Positions 58,690 to 64,000 of a stretch of DNA of 64,000 nt are shown in pieces (positions within the stretch are counted from its first letter, which is position 1; each line of letters starts with the position of its first letter). Where the stretch lies: the NCBI GenBank assembly GCA_030527235.1, contig JAUNBL010000003.1, positions 31,065 through 95,064 of the forward strand, given 5' to 3'. The notes below the pieces were generated by a model, which was not told the DNA's origin, ran no database searches, and was given only the letters and a program-made list of their open reading frames with translations. A program made the position numbers and the translations under genes. This DNA is from Clostridia bacterium (GTDB lineage Bacteria > Bacillota > Clostridia > UMGS1883).

Positions 58690-59931
58690 ATGTCTTTGAA
58701 AGAAAAATTAGCATTAGAATTAACGACAGTTAATCCTGTCAGCGGTGAATATATTTATACAGATTTGCTTCTTCCTGCATTGCCCTTTGAGATTGAGGAT
58801 GCAATGCAGAGAGCAAGAATCACAAGTAACTATGCCGATATGCTTGATATATCGGTTCTAAACTGCGCATATTTGCCGGAGCTTACCGACACAATGCTGG
58901 ATGGAGCGTCAATCAAGGAGCTGAACCTGTTTGCAAAACGGCTGCAGACACTAAGCGATGACGAGATATACGCACTAAACGGTGTGTTTATGCAGCAAAA
59001 GGAAAACGGGATGTATGAAAACGGCATATCAATGGAGGAATTGATAAACCTTACATACGGTCTTGACGCTGTCCCTATTGTTCACGGAATAGATTCCGAT
59101 GAGAAAATCGGTGAATTTGTGATTGACAACAACCTATGTGAAGAACTTGTCGGAACAACGCCGGATTCAATAAGGTTTTTGGATAAAGCCTTAATCGGAA
59201 AGGCGCACAGAGAATCCGAAAAAGGTCAGTTTGTTGCGGGAAACTATGCGGCAACGGCAATCTATTCATTTCCGCAGGAGTATAAAGGCGTAAGCAGAGA
59301 AAAGTTAAAAATCAATAACGACATTGCGTTTGTATTGGAGGTTGCAGAAGCTCCGGTAAACGACAGCCGGGAAACAGCCGAAACTGCCGAAGCCTTGTAT
59401 CTCCCAATACCCAAGTCGGATGCTGATGAATTGGCGATTGCCCATAATGAAAAATGCATTGAGGATTGCGTATATTATGATTTTAAAAGCGCTATCCCCG
59501 GCATTGACAGCGAGATGTTCACAGATATGCAGGACTTTGACAAGCTCAATGAAATTGCCGACAGGTATATTTCGTTTTCGGTGTCAGACAAAATCAAGCT
59601 TAAAGCGGTTGTCGCAAAGGAATGTCCTAAAGCCTTGGAGGATGTAATTGATATTTGCAATAACTTGCGAAGGTACGAGCTTTCATATTACAGCGATGAT
59701 GCAAATAATTTTGCTAAGGAATATCTTTCACATCATCTGTCATCAGACTTTGACTGCAAGATATTTGACGGTATTTCCCTTGATGCGCTCGGTCAAAACA
59801 TTATCAAGGTGTTGGGTGCGACCGTCACACCTTATGGCATAGTATCGGAAAGGGACGGCAGCCTTTTTGAAATAAAAAACAAGCACGAGGAAGCCTTGGA
59901 TCAAGACTTCGGAGAAATTCAGCAATGCTGA
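58690..59931 (+). CDS. expanded ArdA-like anti-restriction protein (413 aa), paralog of 54241..55398
   Basis: Shares LP(F)..SIKELNLFAKRLQ..INLTY blocks with the 54241 gene and ArdA-like ELN.L motif. Confidence 0.45.
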   Translation: MSLKEKLALELTTVNPVSGEYIYTDLLLPALPFEIEDAMQRARITSNYADMLDISVLNCAYLPELTDTMLDGASIKELNLFAKRLQTLSDDEIYALNGVFMQQKENGMYENGISMEELINLTYGLDAVPIVHGIDSDEKIGEFVIDNNLCEELVGTTPDSIRFLDKALIGKAHRESEKGQFVAGNYAATAIYSFPQEYKGVSREKLKINNDIAFVLEVAEAPVNDSRETAETAEALYLPIPKSDADELAIAHNEKCIEDCVYYDFKSAIPGIDSEMFTDMQDFDKLNEIADRYISFSVSDKIKLKAVVAKECPKALEDVIDICNNLRRYELSYYSDDANNFAKEYLSHHLSSDFDCKIFDGISLDALGQNIIKVLGATVTPYGIVSERDGSLFEIKNKHEEALDQDFGEIQQC

Positions 59932-59944
59932 GAAAGAGAGGATA

Positions 59945-60337
59945 ATGATAAAAATGAGAGTTTTGGCAGTAAAAATGGAAGAAAATTTGTTTGATGAGCT
60001 AAAGGCACATGTTAAAAAGTCAGGGCTGACCATGCAGCAATATGTTAATACAACGCTTGAAAGAGATATTCATTCACAGGCACAGACGCAGACGCAGGAT
60101 AATCAGCCAAAGGTATGGGAAAAGGACGAGGTCGAAAAGGCAATTGACGCATTCATTTCTCAAAACGGCAGAGTTCCTCGTCAGACTGAATTCAAAAACG
60201 AGAACGGTCTGCCGTCATACAAGGCGGCGGCAAGATGCTTGGACAGCTCCCCTGCTCAATATGCGCAAAGGCGCATGGATGAAACGGGAATTGCTGAACA
60301 AGAACAGGAAGCCGAAGATTTTTCAATGAGTATGTGA
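59945..60337 (+). CDS. ribbon-helix-helix (CopG/Arc-like) domain protein
   Basis: N-terminal MRVLAVKMEENLFDELKAHVKKSGLTMQQYVNTTLERDI fits the ribbon-helix-helix beta-alpha-alpha pattern. Confidence 0.5.
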   Translation: MIKMRVLAVKMEENLFDELKAHVKKSGLTMQQYVNTTLERDIHSQAQTQTQDNQPKVWEKDEVEKAIDAFISQNGRVPRQTEFKNENGLPSYKAAARCLDSSPAQYAQRRMDETGIAEQEQEAEDFSMSM

Positions 60338-60339
60338 AC

Positions 60340-60376
60340 AGGCGGTATCTTCAAAAGAGGGTATCGTCTTTTTTGT
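60340..60376 (+). terminator. hairpin plus T-run (member 3 of terminator family)
   Basis: aggcggtatc ttcaaaagag ggtatcgtct tttttt (G-U containing stem). Confidence 0.5.
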
Positions 60377-60713
60377 GTACCATGAAAAAGCAGGAAGGGA
60401 GAATAAAGCGGTGGATGAAAGAAACGAAAAGCTTTGCAGGGAAATCGGTGTGACCGCAGCAGATATCATATGTCTTTGGTGCGCATACGAGGAAACGCCG
60501 GAGGAGTTTTGCACATCCTTGATGTGCTCCGCAAGATATGAGGACAAGGAAAATATTATTGCAGATATGCGTTCGGACGCAGACAGGATATCCGCTGCGG
60601 TATATGAGATGGACATAGACGTATTGGATACACTGTACAGAGATTTTGGGATTTCCCTTACAGAATATTCCGACAGTCTGAACAGATCGCTTACAGGCGA
60701 GACTATAACCTAA
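60375..60713 (+). CDS. hypothetical protein (112 aa)
   Basis: ORF only; Cys-containing, acidic. Confidence 0.35.
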   Translation: MYHEKAGRENKAVDERNEKLCREIGVTAADIICLWCAYEETPEEFCTSLMCSARYEDKENIIADMRSDADRISAAVYEMDIDVLDTLYRDFGISLTEYSDSLNRSLTGETIT

Positions 60714-60734
60714 ACACAGATGTCCCCCGCCTCG

Positions 60735-60875
60735 CAAGAAGGCGAGTTCCATTTCAGAATTTCAGTGGGGGAAATAATCCCCCACTGAAACCCTGAGGAG
60801 CTAACGCTCCCTGTGTAGGTTGCAATCTGTCGCAAGCTCTGCTCCTTGCAAGCAAAGCAGAGCGTTGCTCCGATT
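60735..60875 (+). other. cluster of perfect hairpins in a 300-nt non-coding gap (candidate oriT-like or structured RNA region)
   Basis: tttcagtggggg aaataa tcccccactgaaa (13-bp stem), gcctcgc aagaa ggcgag, gctctgct ccttgcaagcaa agcagagc. Confidence 0.4.
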
Positions 60876-61006
60876 TAAAGCAAGCAGGAGATAAAACAAT
60901 ATGCGGAGCTTTTAATGCGGATTGCGGCGGATATGACGCACGGCGGAGTAAAGTGCATCAGCTTTTACAAGCAGTACATAAAGCAAGAATATGAGGAGGA
61001 GTCAAA

Positions 61007-61492
61007 ATGTTAAAAAATATTGATGTTATAAACAAAATTCATGAGGAATGCAGACAGATTGACGCATTGTCGGCAAGAATTACGGCGATATGCGATATGG
61101 AGGAGCTTGACATTTTCGAGCTTGCAGACAGCAAGGACGGAATATTTACAGACAGCATACAAAGGCACATACTTTCTGTGGCGGCGCTTCTGAGGCTTCT
61201 GACAGAGGACTATAAAGCAACGCTTGTATCAACTGACTTTTTCGCTGACGAATTTTTGGGACATACAAGACGCATAGAAGCCGACAAGGAGGTTTTGTGC
61301 GAGGAATGGGATTCGGTTATGGAGGAAATATGGAGTCTTGAGGCGTTTTGTGAAACGGAGCTGAAAAGCTATCTGCAAATGACGCAGAGCTGCTATCGTC
61401 ATGAATTCGAGCCGATCAAGATTGTGTTCGGGGAGGATAGCATATGTCAAGACGGTTTTTGGGAAATACCAAGCTGTTCCCCTTCGAGGTAA
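61007..61492 (+). CDS. hypothetical protein (161 aa)
   Basis: ORF with GGAGGAG RBS; no recognised motif. Confidence 0.4.
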   Translation: MLKNIDVINKIHEECRQIDALSARITAICDMEELDIFELADSKDGIFTDSIQRHILSVAALLRLLTEDYKATLVSTDFFADEFLGHTRRIEADKEVLCEEWDSVMEEIWSLEAFCETELKSYLQMTQSCYRHEFEPIKIVFGEDSICQDGFWEIPSCSPSR

Positions 61493-62115
61493 TGATGCAG
61501 GAAATCCCTACTGCCGTCCAAATAGCAAGAGAGGACAGAAGGGCGTTCGTCAGATATGTTAATTTATTGAATCGCTTTCTGCGGGAAAAGGATTTGGACA
61601 TAATTATAGAAAGAGTAACAGGCGAGATACATAATATGATGTTCGACGAGTTTCTGTTCAAAAGCGCACGGCATAAATCGGATTTCTATACAGCCTACAA
61701 CCGATATATTACATCGGTCGGAAACGAAAAGGTAAAAAATGAAAGGATAGCCGTGTTATATTTATTGAGCGCCGAGGAAAGACTGAGCAATATGCTTCGG
61801 AACTTCGCTGCAGGCAAGAGCAATTCCCTCGCAGGCGCTGTCGGCGGCATTGGCGAGGCGGGATACAGCCTGTATCATACTGCAAGATATATATTAGGGC
61901 TGCCATCGCAGATATGCGCCGAGGACATAACGGAAGACGGGATTATATCGGACGGCGTCCTGTGCATTTTAATAAACGGATTGCTGCTTGCGGAGTACGG
62001 AAATGCAGCGCTGACGGGAGAATATAAAAAAGCGGCGCAGCATTTAAAAACACCGCACAGAGAAAAAAGCCACAGATACAGCTACAAGGATCAAGCAATA
62101 AGAGTAAAGATGTAA
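61492..62115 (+). CDS. hypothetical protein (207 aa), translationally coupled to the preceding gene (TAATG overlap)
   Basis: ATG overlaps upstream stop; GAGG RBS; the track's longer version 61444.. overlaps the upstream gene by 49 nt. Confidence 0.4.
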   Translation: MMQEIPTAVQIAREDRRAFVRYVNLLNRFLREKDLDIIIERVTGEIHNMMFDEFLFKSARHKSDFYTAYNRYITSVGNEKVKNERIAVLYLLSAEERLSNMLRNFAAGKSNSLAGAVGGIGEAGYSLYHTARYILGLPSQICAEDITEDGIISDGVLCILINGLLLAEYGNAALTGEYKKAAQHLKTPHREKSHRYSYKDQAIRVKM

Positions 62116-62128
62116 AGGAGGTATTGTT

Positions 62129-62242
62129 GTGGGATATGTAATAGTATTCGCTATAGGTGCATTTTTCGGATTCGGAATGATTTGTGCGTTTACAATCAGC
62201 GGACAGGAATCAAGAAAAGAAGAAAATATTGATAACATATGA
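62129..62242 (+). CDS. predicted 37-aa single-TM peptide (VGYVIVFAIGAFFGFGMICAFTISGQESRKEENIDNI), not in the ORF track
   Basis: AAAGGAGG RBS 7 nt upstream of GTG; hydrophobic helix then charged tail; followed by terminator. Confidence 0.3.
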   Translation: MGYVIVFAIGAFFGFGMICAFTISGQESRKEENIDNI

Positions 62243-62265
62243 GCTGAAAATCAATTCATGGAAAA

Positions 62266-62310
62266 GGGCGGTCATTTTACGGAGCAATCCGTGAGATGAC
62301 CGCTTTTTTC
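62266..62310 (+). terminator. rho-independent terminator
   Basis: ggcggtcat..atgaccgc stem with nested acgga/tccgt, then ttttttcg. Confidence 0.55.
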
Positions 62311-62452
62311 GTTTCAGGAAGAAAGTGAGGCGTTTGAGGTGTCAAATCGTATCAGGGACGCACCTTAGATTGGGCAAACACAAATGCGGTCGCTGCTTTC
62401 TGAAACAAAACAGCCGACCGTTTAACGAAAACCCAAACGGAGGTGAGAGAAG

Positions 62453-63466
62453 ATAGGCAGAAATATCAAAAGTCCGTTTGGCTGGGTAGGCGGAAAGGGA
62501 TCATCAAAGCACATAATCCTTCCGAGCTTGCCGCTTGGCTGCGACAGGTTTATAGAGGTGTTCGGCGGAGGCGCAACAATTCTTTTGTCAAAGCTTGCGG
62601 ATAAGTTTGAGGTGTATAACGATTTTAACTCGGATCTGGTAAATATGTTTATGTGTATACGAGATATGCCGTTGTCCTTTGTGAGAGCGGTAGGATGTTT
62701 TCCGCTGGTCAGCAGACAGGAATTTAAGCTGCTGCAGGATTTTCTGCAGCGCAAGCAATTTGATTACAGCCTTATCGAACAAGAAAAGAAAGCTGCAAGA
62801 GAAATCTTTAACGAAGAAGAAGCGAACCGAATTTGCACGATCCTACAGGGACGGACGGAGCTATACAATGTGGACAGAGCAGCGGCGTTTTATAAAGTAA
62901 TACGCCTAAGCTACGGAAGCAGCGGCAAAAGCTTCGGAAGTCAACCGGAGAATTTGGGTAAGACGCTTTTAGACATTTATGCGATATCAGACAGGCTTAA
63001 AAATGTTGTCATTGAAAACAAGGATTTTGAAAGCCTGATTAAGCAATACGACAGAACAAACTCCGCATTTTATTGCGATCCCCCGTACTATCAGTCAGAG
63101 GGCTTTTACGAGGTGGAGTTTGGCACAGAGGACCATCTGAGACTGAGTGAATGTCTGCATAGCATAAAAGGCAAGTTTCTGCTTTCGTACAACGATTGCA
63201 GCTTTATAAAAGACTTGTATAAGGATTGTATGATTTACGAGTTTTCCCGTCCGCATTCACTTGCCCAGCGATACAGAGCAGGGAGCGTGTTTAAAGAACT
63301 GCTTATATCGAATTTTGATATGAATGAACGAAGAAAAAGCGAACCCGTACAATTAAATTTATTTGGAGATGAGATATATGCAAGAGACCTTTTACAAGAC
63401 TATAGGCAGAAAAGGCAGAACAACTATACCGTTATGTATGAGGCTTGTCTTAGGGATAAGAGATAA
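62453..63466 (+). CDS. Dam-like (D12 class) N6-adenine DNA methyltransferase, orphan; apparent non-canonical start
   Basis: Conserved N-terminal KSPFGWVGGK and FGGGA (motif I) and DPPY (motif IV, CDPPYY). These lie upstream of the first canonical start (TTG 62528). In-frame stop at 62444; candidate ATA at 62453, 9 nt after GGAGG. Confidence 0.65.
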   Translation: MGRNIKSPFGWVGGKGSSKHIILPSLPLGCDRFIEVFGGGATILLSKLADKFEVYNDFNSDLVNMFMCIRDMPLSFVRAVGCFPLVSRQEFKLLQDFLQRKQFDYSLIEQEKKAAREIFNEEEANRICTILQGRTELYNVDRAAAFYKVIRLSYGSSGKSFGSQPENLGKTLLDIYAISDRLKNVVIENKDFESLIKQYDRTNSAFYCDPPYYQSEGFYEVEFGTEDHLRLSECLHSIKGKFLLSYNDCSFIKDLYKDCMIYEFSRPHSLAQRYRAGSVFKELLISNFDMNERRKSEPVQLNLFGDEIYARDLLQDYRQKRQNNYTVMYEACLRDKR

Positions 63467-63692
63467 TACATTATTAAGGTTCACGAGAACCGACAAGCAG
63501 GTAATCATCACACCGATGCGGGAATGTGAAAGCGGCATATGTGAAATGCACAGAAAAAGCACGCTTGACGCATCCGAAATCGAAACCTTAATCGGCGAGA
63601 TATCTGATGAAAGTCTGGCGCAGATGATACCTGTCATTGTAAACAAATTAAAGAAAAGCGCCGGAGCAGCTTCCGGCAGCGAGGAAAACTGA
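63378..63692 (+). CDS. AbrB/MazE-type (swapped-hairpin) DNA-binding protein
   Basis: IGRKGRTTIPLCMRLVLGIRDNTLLRF resembles the AbrB/MazE/SpoVT looped-hinge motif. Confidence 0.45.
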   Translation: MQETFYKTIGRKGRTTIPLCMRLVLGIRDNTLLRFTRTDKQVIITPMRECESGICEMHRKSTLDASEIETLIGEISDESLAQMIPVIVNKLKKSAGAASGSEEN

Positions 63693-63755
63693 AATAAAAC
63701 GCATCGTAAAAAACACTCCCCGACGCCATGCCGCTTTGGTGCGGAAAGGAACTAA

Positions 63756-64000
63756 ATGAAATATTTTGATATGTTTTCGGGAATCGGCGGCTTTCGTGCA
63801 GGGCTGTCTCAAATTGACGGAATGCAGTGCATCGGTCATTGCGAGATAGATAAATATGCAGACAAAAGCTACCGAAGCCTGTTTAATACAGAAGGAGAGT
63901 GGTTTTGTAATGATGCAGCAGCAATCAAACCGGAGGAAATGCCGGACTTTAATCTCTTGTGTGCGGGATTTCCCTGTCAGAGCTTTTCAATCGCAGGAAA
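63756..64000 (+). CDS. DNA (cytosine-5)-methyltransferase, N-terminal part (3' end outside window)
   Basis: Motif I FSGIGGF and motif IV GFPCQSFSIAG; ORF open at window end. Confidence 0.8.
   Translation, partial: MKYFDMFSGIGGFRAGLSQIDGMQCIGHCEIDKYADKSYRSLFNTEGEWFCNDAAAIKPEEMPDFNLLCAGFPCQSFSIAG

Larger units (their letters stand above)
52670..64000. mobile_element. putative integrated conjugative element (leading / anti-restriction region), inserted downstream of tRNA-Asn; continues beyond window end
   Basis: Abrupt switch to A+T-richer sequence after the tRNA. All genes on one strand. ArdA-like genes, orphan Dam-like and C5 MTases, HipA-like kinase, DUF4314-like. Repeated promoter motif and repeated terminator family. 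No metabolic genes. Confidence 0.5.

Noticed and set aside
1-64000. CRISPR arrays, rRNA genes, IS or transposase genes
   Set aside because: No regularly spaced direct repeats, no rRNA-like conserved stretches, and no transposase or integrase motifs were seen in the window.

Overview
This window is a Clostridia-type chromosomal backbone from about 1 to 52.6 kb. It reads as a spore-forming, anaerobic Firmicute. From 52,670 to the window end, directly after a tRNA-Asn gene, lies an A+T-richer block that looks like part of an integrated conjugative element, and specifically its leading or establishment region.

**Backbone genes, in order:**
- A glycogen operon: glgC (3' end only), glgD, glgA, glgP.
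- manA, comEA and a MATE efflux transporter.
- copA and copZ (copper export).
- An [FeFe]-hydrogenase maturation operon: a TM1266-like regulator, then hydE, hydG, hydF. It is preceded by a terminator/antiterminator leader.
- A divergent AraC regulator and a secreted M34-type metalloprotease with copper-amine-oxidase-like and ricin lectin domains.
- A cobalamin riboswitch followed by a three-gene module: a secreted alpha/alpha-toroid protein (prenyltransferase-type repeats), a DUF4430 protein resembling the transcobalamin beta-domain, and a multi-pass membrane protein. I read this as a possibly undescribed B12-capture system.
- Sporulation genes (small acid-soluble spore protein, cwlD, a pdaA-like deacetylase, a CotJC-like catalase).
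- queG, comFC, recD2, metK, lepB, rbgA, rnhB, argD, argF, a PerR-rubrerythrin pair, metY and typA.
- A glycoside hydrolase 43 / 127 pair.

**The mobile region** carries two expanded ArdA-like anti-restriction genes, an orphan Dam-like and an orphan C5 (Dcm-like) methyltransferase, and a protein with two HARE-HTH-like domains next to a HipA-like kinase. It also contains DUF4314-like, ribbon-helix-helix and AbrB-like small genes and several unknowns. These are punctuated by a repeated ~50-nt promoter/operator-like motif and a family of near-identical terminator hairpins.

All calls are by eye from motifs and the ORF track. No database searches were run.
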